The translations under genes and the position numbers were made by a program. Shown in pieces: positions 8,101-17,743 of a stretch of 41,095 nt of DNA (position 1 is the first letter of the stretch; every line of letters begins with the position of its first letter). Below the pieces are notes generated by a model. The model saw only the letters and a program-made list of their open reading frames with translations. It was not told the origin of the DNA and did no database searches. The DNA comes from Anaerolineaceae bacterium (GTDB lineage: Bacteria > Chloroflexota > Anaerolineae > Anaerolineales > UBA11579): contig OMJR01000036.1 of assembly GCA_900299355.1 (NCBI GenBank), forward strand, positions 1 through 41,095, in the 5' to 3' direction.

Positions 8101-8742
8101 ATGTTAGAGATCATCAAAATGACTCTCGGCCCCGCGGCCACCAACGCTTACCTGGTTTCCGATACGGAGAGCGGCCAAAGTGCCGTGATCGATCCCAGCT
8201 GGGATGGCCACCTGATCCTGGATGCCGCCAACCAGCGTGGCTGGCGCATCAGCACGATCTGGCTGACCCACGCGCACTGGGATCACATCGGGGGCGCCGC
8301 CGCGGTGGCCGATGGCAGCAACCCGCCGCCGCCGGTGGCGCTGCACCCGGAGGATTACACGCTGTGGCGCGCCAGCGGTGGGGCGACGTTGTGGGGCATG
8401 GATCTGGACCCCGGCCCCGAACCGACGATTGATCTGGGCCACGGCCAAACTTTTTTCCTCGGCGATATCGAATTCCAGGTGCGCTTCGCGCCCGGGCACA
8501 CGCCCGGCCATGTGATGTTTTACGTGCCGTCGGAGGCAGTGCTGTTTTGCGGAGATGTGATCTTCCAGGGCAGCATCGGGCGTACCGATTTGCCCCGCGC
8601 CGACCATGCCACACTGATGAACAGTATTGCGGAACAAGTGCTGACCCTGCCGGATGAAACGCGCTTGCTGCCGGGCCACGGCCCGGATAGCACGGTGGGC
8701 GACGAGCGCCAGTTCAATCCCTTCTTGCAAAACCTGACCTAA
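8101..8742 (+). CDS. MBL-fold metallo-hydrolase (glyoxalase II-like)
   Basis: THAHWDHIGG (HxHxDH) motif, GHTPGH, and LLPGHGP near the C-terminus. GTG 8095 is an alternative start. Confidence 0.85.
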   Translation: MLEIIKMTLGPAATNAYLVSDTESGQSAVIDPSWDGHLILDAANQRGWRISTIWLTHAHWDHIGGAAAVADGSNPPPPVALHPEDYTLWRASGGATLWGMDLDPGPEPTIDLGHGQTFFLGDIEFQVRFAPGHTPGHVMFYVPSEAVLFCGDVIFQGSIGRTDLPRADHATLMNSIAEQVLTLPDETRLLPGHGPDSTVGDERQFNPFLQNLT

Positions 8743-8750
8743 GGAGCCCA

Positions 8751-9242
8751 ATGCTTTTGAATCATATTCGCTGCATGTTTGAGTACAACTACTGGTGCAA
8801 CCAGCTGATCATGGATACTGCCGAGAACCTATCGGACGAGCAATTCGATCAGCAGACGCAGTTCCCGATCAATACCCTGAAAGAGACCCTGGTGCACACG
8901 ATGAGCGCCGAGCGCATATACCGAATGCGCCTGGCCGGCGAAAACCCCAGCGGGGTGGAGAAGGAAGAATTTGATAGTTTGACCGCAATCCGCGACTTCT
9001 GGGCCACCGAGGAAAAGCAAATGCTGACCTATCTGGATGGCCTGGACGATGCCGTGGCGGGGGAGAGTTTCAATTACACCGTGGCATCCACCGGCAAAGA
9101 ATACGAACGCGTGCGCGCGGATATTTTTACTCAACTGCTCTACCACGGCATGCAGCACCGCGCTGAAATGGCGCAAATGCTAACCGAATTCGGGCATTCC
9201 CCCGGCAACATTGACTACCTGATCTATATCAACAATCGCTAA
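8751..9242 (+). CDS. DinB-family (DUF664-like) protein
   Basis: YNYWCNQLIMD, LVHTMSAERIY and LLYHGMQHRAEM give the DinB/YfiT-type His triad spacing. AAGGAG SD. Confidence 0.78.
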   Translation: MLLNHIRCMFEYNYWCNQLIMDTAENLSDEQFDQQTQFPINTLKETLVHTMSAERIYRMRLAGENPSGVEKEEFDSLTAIRDFWATEEKQMLTYLDGLDDAVAGESFNYTVASTGKEYERVRADIFTQLLYHGMQHRAEMAQMLTEFGHSPGNIDYLIYINNR

Positions 9243-9251
9243 CAACGAAAA

Positions 9252-9284
9252 CAAAAAACGGGCGGCCACTGGCCGCCCGTTTTG
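9252..9284. terminator. Bidirectional rho-independent terminator
   Basis: AAAAAA-ACGGGCGGCC-act-GGCCGCCCGT-TTTT, a perfect 10-bp stem between the convergent DinB-family gene and rny. Confidence 0.82.
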
Positions 9285-9299
9285 ATTCTCAGCTTCTGT

Positions 9300-10820
9300 C
9301 TACTTGGCGTAATCGGTAGCGCGGGTTTCGCGCAGTACAGTGACCTTGATCTGCCCGGGGTACTGCATGGTTTCCTCGATTTGCTTGGCGATATCGCGGG
9401 CCATGCGGGTGGCCTCAAGATCGTCGATGTCCTCGGGGCGCACGATGATGCGCACCTCGCGGCCAGCCTGCAGCGCGTAGCTCTGGCTGACGCCTTTGTA
9501 GGAGTTGGCCAGATCCTCCAGCGCTTTAATGCGCTTGATGTATTGCTCCAGGCTTTCGCGGCGGGCGCCGGGGCGGGCGCCGGAAATCGCGTCCGAGGCT
9601 TCGACGATGATCGCCTCCACGCTCTCCTGTTCAACTTCGTGGTGGTGGGCGGCGATCGCGTTGACCACAATGGCGTCCACGCCATAGCGGCGGGCGAATT
9701 CGGCGCCGATCGCGGCGTGGGTGCCTTCGGTGTTGTGGTCCATAGCCTTGCCCAGGTCATGCAGCAGGCCACCCAGGCGGGCGCGGTCGACATCGGCGCC
9801 CAGCTCGCTGGCGATCATCGAGGCGATCTTGGCGCTCTCAACCGCATGGGCTAACTGGTTCTGCCCGTAGGAGGTGCGGTAATTCAAGCGGCCCAAGACC
9901 TTGACGATTTCCTTGTTCAGATTGCCAACCCCCGAGTCGTAGACGGCTTGCTCGCCGGCTTCGGCGATGGCCTTGTCGACTTCCTCGGCTTCCTTCTGAA
10001 TTGTCTTTTCAATGCTGGCGGGGTGAATGCGGCCATCCTCAACCAGTTTGGCCATCGCGCGCTTGGCTACTTCGCGGCGCACTGGGTCGAAGCTGCTGAT
10101 GGTCACTGCTTCGGGCGTGTCGTCCACGATCACGTCCACGCCGGCCGTCTGCTCGAAGGAGCGGATATTGCGACCGTTGCGGCCGATGATGCGGCCTTTC
10201 ATATCATCGCTGGGCAGCGAAATGGTTGAGGTAGTGGTTTCGGCGACATGCTCGGACGCGACACGTTGGATCGCCATGGAAATCAGGCGGCGGGCTTTGG
10301 TTTCGCCCTCCTCGCGGGCCTCGGTTTCGATCTGACGGATGATGCGGGCCATATCGGCGCGGCCTTCCTTTTCGACTTCTTCCATCAGGATCGCGCGCGC
10401 TTCGTCCTTGGTCATTGAGGACACCTTTTCCAGGCGTTCCACAATCTGGGCACGCAGTTCGTCCAGTTCGTTGTTGCGTTTGTCCAAGGAGCTCTGGCGT
10501 TTATTGAGGGTCTGCTCACGTTCCTCAAGCCGCTCGGTGCGCTTATCTAGCTCTTCGCGGCGACGCTGCAAGCGATCGTCCTCGCGGTTGAGGTCCTTGC
10601 GCTTGCGTCCCACATCGGCTTCGGCGCCCTGGCGGATCTCCAGAGCCTGGTCCTTGGCCTGAATCTCGATTGCGCGGGCCTCTTCCTTGGCCTGGTTGAC
10701 AATCCTGCCGGCTTCATCGGCTTCGCGCCAGCGGGCGCTTTGCACCTGGAAATGCTTGATCATGTAGCCGACCACGGCTGCCACCAGGGCGACGATCAAG
10801 AAGGTGATTTGGTCATTCAT
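9300..10820 (-). CDS. rny: Ribonuclease Y
   Basis: N-terminal TM helix, long coiled coil, KH domain (GRIIGRNGRNIR) and HD domain (LLHDLGKA). Confidence 0.95.
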   Translation of the reverse strand: MNDQITFLIVALVAAVVGYMIKHFQVQSARWREADEAGRIVNQAKEEARAIEIQAKDQALEIRQGAEADVGRKRKDLNREDDRLQRRREELDKRTERLEEREQTLNKRQSSLDKRNNELDELRAQIVERLEKVSSMTKDEARAILMEEVEKEGRADMARIIRQIETEAREEGETKARRLISMAIQRVASEHVAETTTSTISLPSDDMKGRIIGRNGRNIRSFEQTAGVDVIVDDTPEAVTISSFDPVRREVAKRAMAKLVEDGRIHPASIEKTIQKEAEEVDKAIAEAGEQAVYDSGVGNLNKEIVKVLGRLNYRTSYGQNQLAHAVESAKIASMIASELGADVDRARLGGLLHDLGKAMDHNTEGTHAAIGAEFARRYGVDAIVVNAIAAHHHEVEQESVEAIIVEASDAISGARPGARRESLEQYIKRIKALEDLANSYKGVSQSYALQAGREVRIIVRPEDIDDLEATRMARDIAKQIEETMQYPGQIKVTVLRETRATDYAK

Positions 10821-10840
10821 GTTTAGCTTCCTCGCTCATT

Positions 10841-11485
10841 CTAGAAGTTGGTATCCGGCGCGCGGCCGTGCAAATCAGTCCATGCGGCACGGCACACCTC
10901 GGCGACGGTGTCATACCCGAAGCCACGCCGGGCTAAGTATCCGGATAATTTCTTGCGAAACTCGGGCCAGTCGAAACGGCTCAACTGGCGGGTCTTCTTT
11001 TCGGCGGCTGCGCGGGCCAATTGTTCTTCGTCCAGGCCGTTCAGGGCGCGATCAATCAGCGGCTCGGCGATACCTTTTTGGCGCAGTTCGGCGCGCAGGG
11101 CGTAGGCGCCGCGCGGCTTCAGCTCGCTGCGGTTGGCGACCCAATCGGTGGCGAACTGTGCATCGTCCACGAAGCGCTTTTCGCGCAGGCGCGCCAACAC
11201 TGCTTCGGTGACGGCCTCGTCTACATCGTGTTTACGCAGATTGCGTTCGATTTCGGCGGCGGAGCGGGGGCGGTAGCTGAGGAAGTTGAGCGCGCGCTGG
11301 TAAGCGGCCTCAACCTCGTCGTCAGCCTGGAGTTTCTGGATGCGGTCCTCGTCCAGGCGTTGGCCCACCTCCAGCCAGGCGGCCACGATGCGGGCCAGCC
11401 CGAAGGCGTACTCCCCATCCAGGTAAACGCTCACCCGTTGGGGGTTGCGCTTTTGTTGTTTGAGTGCCGTAATCGTATTCGCCAT
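10841..11485 (-). CDS. recX: Recombination regulator RecX
   Basis: VSVYLDGEYAFGL start and three-repeat helical RecX pattern; it lies downstream of recA on the same strand. Confidence 0.9.
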   Translation of the reverse strand: MANTITALKQQKRNPQRVSVYLDGEYAFGLARIVAAWLEVGQRLDEDRIQKLQADDEVEAAYQRALNFLSYRPRSAAEIERNLRKHDVDEAVTEAVLARLREKRFVDDAQFATDWVANRSELKPRGAYALRAELRQKGIAEPLIDRALNGLDEEQLARAAAEKKTRQLSRFDWPEFRKKLSGYLARRGFGYDTVAEVCRAAWTDLHGRAPDTNF

Positions 11486-11490
11486 GGTTT

Positions 11491-11531
11491 AAACAAAAAC
11501 AGCCGATTCGGCGAGCCGGCCGCGGCTGTTT
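11491..11531 (-). terminator. Intrinsic terminator/attenuator just upstream of the recX start
   Basis: On the - strand: ACAGCCG-CGGC...GCCG-aat-CGGCTGT followed by TTTTTGTTT, ending 5 nt before the recX ATG. Confidence 0.6.
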
Positions 11532-11724
11532 GGCGAAATTGGATGCAATGACAGACGCTGAAAGATGAGCCTTCAGCTAGCGAAAACTAAATAAGCGAAG
11601 AATTCGACCTGGTTAGGGTCGCTTCGATAGGGTCTGTCATTTTGTTGTTTCTCGTTAGCTGTTGCCGGGGCAACAGCTTTCCAATTTTCGTTCAGAAAGC
11701 CGGGCCATTGCTGGCCGGGGGCGG

Positions 11725-12744
11725 TCATTCCTCGATGTCGCCGAGGTCCATTGGCATCACTGCCAGCGCTTCGGCGCGCACCTTGGCCTCTACTTCGGCC
11801 GCCACATCCTGATGTTGCCGTAAGAAATCATTTGCATTCTCACGGCCCTGTCCCAAACGTTCCTCTCCATAAGCATAGTGAGAGCCGCGCTTGGTAATAA
11901 TCTCTAGCTGGGTCGCTAAATCCAGCAAATCGCCGGATTTTGAGATGCCTTCATTATACATGATGTCGAATTCGGCGGTCCGGAAGGGCGCCGCCACCTT
12001 GTTTTTGACGATGCGTACGCGGGTGCGGTTGCCGATAATCTCGGAACCGTCTTTGATGGATTGAATGCGACGGGCATCCATACGCACCGAGGCATAAAAC
12101 TTGAGCGCCATGCCGCCGCTGGTGGTCTCCGGATTGCCGAACATGACGCCGATTTTTTGGCGCAGTTGGTTGGTGAATACCACCGCGGTGTTGGTCTGTT
12201 TAATCGCGCCGGAGAGCTTGCGCAGCGCCTGGGACATCAGCCGCGCCTGCATACCCATGCTGGCGTCGCCCATATCGCCCTCAATCTCGGAGCGCGGCAC
12301 CAGGGCGGCCACCGAATCGACTACCACCACGTCCACCGCGCCGGAGCGCACCAGGGCTTCGGTAATTTCCAGCGCCTGTTCGCCGGTATCCGGCTGGGAG
12401 ATGAGCAGCGCCTCAATGTCCACCCCGCAGCGGGCGGCGTATTTGGGGTCCAGGGCGTGTTCCATATCCACGAAGGCGGCCGTGCCGCCCAGCTTCTGAG
12501 CTTCGGCCACGATGTGCTGGCAGATAGTGGTCTTGCCGCTCGATTCCGGGCCGTAGATTTCGGTGACACGGCCGCGGGGCACGCCGCCCACGCCCAGGGC
12601 GATATCCAGGGACAGCGAACCGGTGGGGATGGCTTCGACGGCCAAATGGTCCGATTCGCCCAGGCGCATGATGGCGCCCTCGCCCCAACGTTTAGTGATT
12701 TGGTCCAGCGCGCTCTGCAGCGCGTTGTTCTTTTCTTCGCTCAT
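11725..12744 (-). CDS. recA: Recombinase RecA
   Basis: GPESSGKTT Walker A and L1/L2 loop regions. It is full length (339 aa) with no intein. Confidence 0.98.
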   Translation of the reverse strand: MSEEKNNALQSALDQITKRWGEGAIMRLGESDHLAVEAIPTGSLSLDIALGVGGVPRGRVTEIYGPESSGKTTICQHIVAEAQKLGGTAAFVDMEHALDPKYAARCGVDIEALLISQPDTGEQALEITEALVRSGAVDVVVVDSVAALVPRSEIEGDMGDASMGMQARLMSQALRKLSGAIKQTNTAVVFTNQLRQKIGVMFGNPETTSGGMALKFYASVRMDARRIQSIKDGSEIIGNRTRVRIVKNKVAAPFRTAEFDIMYNEGISKSGDLLDLATQLEIITKRGSHYAYGEERLGQGRENANDFLRQHQDVAAEVEAKVRAEALAVMPMDLGDIEE

Positions 12745-12768
12745 GGATGTCTCGTTGCTCCAGCGCCG

Positions 12769-12797
12769 AGTGTACTGTATTCACAAATGGCTAGCAA
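12769..12797 (-). promoter_or_regulatory. Candidate recA promoter
   Basis: On the - strand: TTGCTA (12797-12792), 17-nt spacer, TACACT (12774-12769). GGAG lies 13 nt before the ATG. Confidence 0.4.
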
Positions 12798-12908
12798 GCA
12801 GGCCAGTGATATGATTGCGGGGCAGCCGGATGGGGCGTTTGCCCCTAGAGAGAATCCTCCGGTTGCGCCACAATACAAACATCTTTTGCTTTGCTACTGG
12901 AGCCTGCA

Positions 12909-15161
12909 ATGAGCGACTTGCGCCGTGACGCGCTTGAATACCATCAACTGAATAACAAGCCGGGCAAGATTTCCATCCTGCCCACCAAGCCCCTGGATAC
13001 CCAATACGACCTGGCCCTGGCCTATTCGCCCGGAGTGGCCGAACCGGTGATTGAGGTGGAGAAGGACCCGGCCAACGCCTACCGCTACACCGCCAAGGGT
13101 AACCTGGTCGGTGTCGTCTCCAACGGTACCGCCATTCTGGGCCTGGGCGACCGCGGCGCGCTGGCTTCCAAGCCGGTGATGGAAGGCAAGGGCGTGCTGT
13201 TCAAGAAGTTCGCCGACATCGATGTTTTCGATATTGAAGTCAATGCCCGCACCGTGGAGGAAATGGTGCAGGTGGTGGCCGCCATCGCGCCGACCTTCGG
13301 CGGGATTAACCTGGAAGACATCAAAGCGCCGGAGTGTTTCGAAATTGAACGCCAACTGGAAGAAATGCTGGATATCCCGGTCTTCCACGACGACCAGCAT
13401 GGCACGGCCATCATCTCCAGCGCCGGGCTGTTGAATGGCCTGGAACTGGTCGGTAAGCCGCTCAGCCAGGTGCGCATCGTCGTGTCCGGCGCTGGCGCCT
13501 CGGCGATTTCCTGCGCCAAGATGGCCGTGCTGCTGGGCGTGCCCCGCGAAAACGTGATGCTGGTGGACAGCAAGGGCGTGATTTACGAGGGCCGCGAAGA
13601 CGGCATGAATCAATATAAAGAAGAGTTCGCGGTGAAGACCAAGGCGCGCACGCTGGCGGATGCGGTCAAGGACGCCGATGTCTTTTACGGCCTGTCGGTG
13701 GGCGGCCTGCTGACTCAGGCAATGGTCAAGACCATGGCCAAGGACCCGCTGATTTTTGCCATGGCCAACCCCGATCCCGAAATCAGCTACGACGACGCCA
13801 AGGAAGCTCGCCCTGATGCGATTGTGGCCACCGGGCGTTCCGATTTCCCCAACCAGATAAACAACGTGCTGGGCTTCCCCTTCATTTTCCGCGGTGCGCT
13901 AGACGTGCAGGCCAGCCATATCAATGAAGAGATGAAGGTGGCCGCCGCCAAGGCGCTGGCCGACCTGGCTAAACAGGATGTGCCGGATGTGGTCCTGCGC
14001 GCCTACGGCTTGGACAGCCTGCGCTTCGGTTCCGATTACGTTATTCCCAAGCCCTTCGACCCGCGCGTGCTGCTCTTCGAGGCGCCGGCGGTGGCTGAGG
14101 CGGCGATGAAGACCGGCGTAGCCCGCAAGCAAATCGACCTGGATGAATACCGTGAGCAGCTGGCATTGCGCCAGGGCCGCGGCCAGCAGGTGCGCCACTA
14201 CTTTATGAACCGCGCCAAGCAGCTGAAAAAGAAATCGCGCATTGTCTTCCCCGAGGGCGAGGAACCCAAGATTCTGCGTGCGGCGGCCCAGGTGGCCGCC
14301 GAAGGTTTCGCCACCCCGATTCTGCTGGGGCGGCCGGGCGTCATCAAGGACACCGCCGCCGAGCTGGGGTTGAGCTATGAACCCGAGGTAGTTGACCCGC
14401 GCGACAATCCTCGACTGCCGGATTACCTGGATGCCTATTATGAATTGCGCCAGCGCAAGGGCGGCACGCGCCGCAATGCCCAGAAGCAAATGCGCGACCG
14501 CAACGTGTTTGCCAGCATGATGGTCAAGATGGGCGATGCCGATGCGATGGTGTCGGGTCTGACCTACGAATACCCGGAAGTGATTCGACCCGCACTGCAA
14601 ATCCACCACACCGCCCCGGGGGTGACCCGCGCGGCGGGCGTCTACATCATGATTGTCGGTGAGCGCGTGTATGTCTTCAGTGACGCCACGGTCAATATCG
14701 ACCCCAAGGCCGAAGACCTGGCCGACATCGCCATCCTGGCCGCCGATTTCGCCGGCCAGCTGGGCCTGGAGCCGCGGGTAGCGATGCTGTCCTTCTCCAA
14801 CTTTGGCGGCACGCCTCACCCGCAATCGGCCAAGGTGCGCCGCGCGGTGGAAATCCTGCAAGAGAAGGCCCCGGATTTTGCGGTGGATGGCGAGATGCAG
14901 GCCGATACCGCGGTGGTGGCCGAAATCGTGGAGCGGCGCTATCCCTTCAGCCGCGTGAAAGACGCCAACGTGCTGGTCTTCCCTTCGCTGGAGGCGGCCA
15001 ACATCGCCTACAAGCTGTTGGACCGCATGAGTGACGCCCAGGCGATGGGTCCCATCCTGCTGGGCATGGGCGCGCCAATTCACGTGCTGCAAACCGGTGA
15101 CGAGGTGCGCGATATCGTCAACATGGCCGCCGTGGCCGCGATTGACGCCGCTAACCGTTAA
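12909..15161 (+). CDS. maeB: NADP-dependent malic enzyme (malic enzyme plus PTA-like domain)
   Basis: [27 protein letters not shown](P) fold and a C-terminal phosphate-acetyltransferase-like half. ATG 12909 is preferred over TTG 12891. Confidence 0.93.
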   Translation: MSDLRRDALEYHQLNNKPGKISILPTKPLDTQYDLALAYSPGVAEPVIEVEKDPANAYRYTAKGNLVGVVSNGTAILGLGDRGALASKPVMEGKGVLFKKFADIDVFDIEVNARTVEEMVQVVAAIAPTFGGINLEDIKAPECFEIERQLEEMLDIPVFHDDQHGTAIISSAGLLNGLELVGKPLSQVRIVVSGAGASAISCAKMAVLLGVPRENVMLVDSKGVIYEGREDGMNQYKEEFAVKTKARTLADAVKDADVFYGLSVGGLLTQAMVKTMAKDPLIFAMANPDPEISYDDAKEARPDAIVATGRSDFPNQINNVLGFPFIFRGALDVQASHINEEMKVAAAKALADLAKQDVPDVVLRAYGLDSLRFGSDYVIPKPFDPRVLLFEAPAVAEAAMKTGVARKQIDLDEYREQLALRQGRGQQVRHYFMNRAKQLKKKSRIVFPEGEEPKILRAAAQVAAEGFATPILLGRPGVIKDTAAELGLSYEPEVVDPRDNPRLPDYLDAYYELRQRKGGTRRNAQKQMRDRNVFASMMVKMGDADAMVSGLTYEYPEVIRPALQIHHTAPGVTRAAGVYIMIVGERVYVFSDATVNIDPKAEDLADIAILAADFAGQLGLEPRVAMLSFSNFGGTPHPQSAKVRRAVEILQEKAPDFAVDGEMQADTAVVAEIVERRYPFSRVKDANVLVFPSLEAANIAYKLLDRMSDAQAMGPILLGMGAPIHVLQTGDEVRDIVNMAAVAAIDAANR

Positions 15162-15194
15162 AATCAGTATTCATTCGCCTTAGAGGAGTTTGCT

Positions 15195-15689
15195 TTGTCA
15201 CCACAGGAACCAACCCGTATCCTATTCGTCTGCCTGGGCAACATTGTGCGCAGTCCGCTGGCCGAGAACCTATTCCGCCATCTGGCTGAGGAAGCCGGAC
15301 TGGGCGGCAAGTATGTGGTCGACTCAGCCGGCACCGCCGCCTACCATGTCGGCGACCAGCCCGACCGGCGCATGCGCCAGGTGGCGGCCCAACGCGGGCT
15401 GGAGTACACGGGCTTAGGGCGCCAGGTGCGCCCCGACGATTTCCACGAATTCGACCTGGTGGTGCCGATGGACGGCAGCAACTACGCCGACCTGATGGCG
15501 ATTGCGCCGCCCGCCGCCAAGGACAAGATTCGCCTGATGCGCGAATTCGACCCCGAGGCCGGCGACGATAAGGATGTGCCCGACCCCTATTACGGCGGCA
15601 TCGAAGGCTTTGAGCACGTGTACGATTTGGTCGAGCGCTCCAGCCGCGAACTGCTGCGCCGCCTGGAGGCGGGCGAGGTGGGCGCCTGA
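15195..15689 (+). CDS. Low-molecular-weight protein-tyrosine phosphatase
   Basis: CLGNIVRSP (CX5R) P-loop and VPDPYYG Asp loop. TTG start with AGAGGAG SD 5 nt upstream. Confidence 0.9.
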   Translation: MSPQEPTRILFVCLGNIVRSPLAENLFRHLAEEAGLGGKYVVDSAGTAAYHVGDQPDRRMRQVAAQRGLEYTGLGRQVRPDDFHEFDLVVPMDGSNYADLMAIAPPAAKDKIRLMREFDPEAGDDKDVPDPYYGGIEGFEHVYDLVERSSRELLRRLEAGEVGA

Positions 15690-16537
15690 TACCTGGCGCG
15701 GTTAGCGCCTGGCTGCAAGAACAAGGCCACGGCGCGGTAGTGCAACAACACGGGGTAGGGGGCGGCTGTATCAATAACGGCGCTGTCCTGCGCACTGCGA
15801 ATGGCGAGCGCTTCTTTCTCAAGACCAATTCGCAAGCACCCCAAGATATGTTCGCCCGAGAAGCCGAGGGACTGGCGGCACTCTCCGCGGCGGGCGGCCC
15901 GCGCTATCCGCGGGTCTTCCTGGTGGGCGAAGACTTTCTGCTGCAGGAAGACCTGCAGCCGGCTGGCCGGGCTGCCGATTACTGGCAGACTTTGGGGCGG
16001 CAACTGGCCGCCCAGCACGACCACACCAGCGAACGTTTTGGCTTTGAGGCGGACAACTATCTGGGCAGCACGCCGCAGCCCAACGGCTGGATGGCGGACG
16101 GCTATGCCTTCTTCGCTGAACGGCGGCTGCTCTTCCAGGCGCGGCTAGCCCGCGACAAAGGCTTGTTGGATGTAAGTGAGGTGCAGCAGGTCGAGGCGCT
16201 GGCGGCGCGCCTTCCAGAGCTGGTCCCACCGCAGCCGGCCGCCTTGCTGCACGGCGACCTGTGGGGCGGCAACGCCATCAGCGACCCGCAGGGCCAACCG
16301 GCGCTGATTGACCCCGCCGCCCATTACGGTTGGCCCGAAGCCGAGTTGGGTATGACCCAGCTCTTTGGTGGCTTTGCGTCGGACTTCTACGCTGCCTACG
16401 AGGCTGCGCATAGCCTGGAGCCCGGATGGCGGGAGCGCCTGGATATCTACAACCTCTATCATTTGCTCAACCATCTCAATCTCTTTGGGCGCAGCTATCA
16501 CGGGCGGGTGGCGGCTATTTTGCGCAGTTTCAGCTAG
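15686..16537 (+). CDS. Fructosamine kinase family protein (start inferred at CTG 15686; track start is GTG 15740)
   Basis: GGGCIN, FLKTN, and HGDLWGGN...DPA..YGWPEAELGM motifs. In-frame residues upstream of 15740 (IPGAVSAWLQEQGHGAVV) look like the family N-terminus. Confidence 0.85.
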   Translation: MIPGAVSAWLQEQGHGAVVQQHGVGGGCINNGAVLRTANGERFFLKTNSQAPQDMFAREAEGLAALSAAGGPRYPRVFLVGEDFLLQEDLQPAGRAADYWQTLGRQLAAQHDHTSERFGFEADNYLGSTPQPNGWMADGYAFFAERRLLFQARLARDKGLLDVSEVQQVEALAARLPELVPPQPAALLHGDLWGGNAISDPQGQPALIDPAAHYGWPEAELGMTQLFGGFASDFYAAYEAAHSLEPGWRERLDIYNLYHLLNHLNLFGRSYHGRVAAILRSFS

Positions 16538-16561
16538 CTGCTTTCAGGTATCATCCCAGCG

Positions 16562-17743
16562 ATGAGCGACCCCATCCGTATTGAGCGTGTGCCGGTCAAG
16601 GACTTGCCGGCGCTGGCCGACCGCCTGATTGACGACGCGCCGGCAGGCAGCTATGTGCCGATAAGTAAGGCGCGCGCTTACGCCCAGCTGCACAATCCCT
16701 TTGCCGACCCGGATGACCTGGGCCTGCTGCTGGCCTGGCAGGGCCAGCGGGTGGTGGGCTACTTCGGGGTGCTGCGGGTGATGTTGGCCCACCAAGGCGC
16801 GCTCCACAAAGTGTTGTGGTTCACCACCTGGTCGGCGCATCCCAGCATGCTGGGGCAGGGGGTCGGTTCGGGTTTGATGGCCAACGCGCTGGAGCTGCCC
16901 CAGGATTACGCAATCGTGGGCAGCGCGCCCGCCCGCCACGTGAGCGCCAAGTTTGGCCTGCAGGAAGTCGCCCGTCTGGATTACGCGCGGATTGATTTTC
17001 GCTTATTGGGGCGCTACAACCCGGTTGGTTTGTTCTTGCGAGTACTGCGCAAGCTTTTCCACCTATTTGGTTTCAAATTGAAGATTGAAGGTTGGCAAAA
17101 AGCATTCGAGCGGCTGTTTGAAGCCTTATTTGGCTGGCTGGTCAAGCCGCTGCTGCGCGCCTGGGCGCTCGCGCCTTATCGGCGAGACCTGGACGGCATG
17201 CATATCGAAAGCGTGGAGCAGGTCACGCCGCCTGCGCCCGAGGCGCCCGACCCGAGGCGGACTTATTTCTATCGTGACAGCCGTGTAGTGAATTGGATGT
17301 TGGCCCATCCCTGGCTGGTGCCCAGCGGCAGCTCGCCCACCGAGGCGATGGATTACGGCTTCACCGACGCGCGGCCCTTTTTTGAACAAATCGCCTGGCA
17401 GCTGAGCGATAGCGCCGGCGCCAACCTGGGCTACATCGTCTTCCAGTTCAGTCCGATTGATGGCGTGCGGATGCTCAAGCTGCTTGACCACCATCTGGTG
17501 GGGGTCGCCGAGGGCCGGCAATTGGCGCTGGCGCTCAAGCTGGCCCATGAGCTGCGCGCGGATGTGATTGAAGGGGCGATGGCGCTGGCCGCATTGCGGG
17601 AGCGGGGTGGGTTGGGGCGCCTGTTGGTCGAGCTGCGCCAGCGCATCTGCCAGGTGTACGCCCACGCCGCGGATAGCCCGATGGCGCGTGCCAAGGACAG
17701 CCTGGAGCAATCCTATGTAGATGGGGATACGGCCTTCGCCTGA
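16562..17743 (+). CDS. GNAT-fold acyltransferase-like protein, probably two-domain (hypothetical)
   Basis: MLGQGVGSGLM resembles the GNAT Q/RxxGxG/A acyl-CoA loop after a beta-strand VVGYFGVL. The C-terminal ~240 aa are unassigned. Confidence 0.5.
   Translation: MSDPIRIERVPVKDLPALADRLIDDAPAGSYVPISKARAYAQLHNPFADPDDLGLLLAWQGQRVVGYFGVLRVMLAHQGALHKVLWFTTWSAHPSMLGQGVGSGLMANALELPQDYAIVGSAPARHVSAKFGLQEVARLDYARIDFRLLGRYNPVGLFLRVLRKLFHLFGFKLKIEGWQKAFERLFEALFGWLVKPLLRAWALAPYRRDLDGMHIESVEQVTPPAPEAPDPRRTYFYRDSRVVNWMLAHPWLVPSGSSPTEAMDYGFTDARPFFEQIAWQLSDSAGANLGYIVFQFSPIDGVRMLKLLDHHLVGVAEGRQLALALKLAHELRADVIEGAMALAALRERGGLGRLLVELRQRICQVYAHAADSPMARAKDSLEQSYVDGDTAFA

Noticed and set aside
11725-12744. Intein or other insertion in recA (and likewise in nrdJ, 37048..39618)
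   Set aside because: RecA is 339 aa and NrdJ is 856 aa, with conserved motifs contiguous. There is no Cys/Ser-...-HN splicing block insertion.
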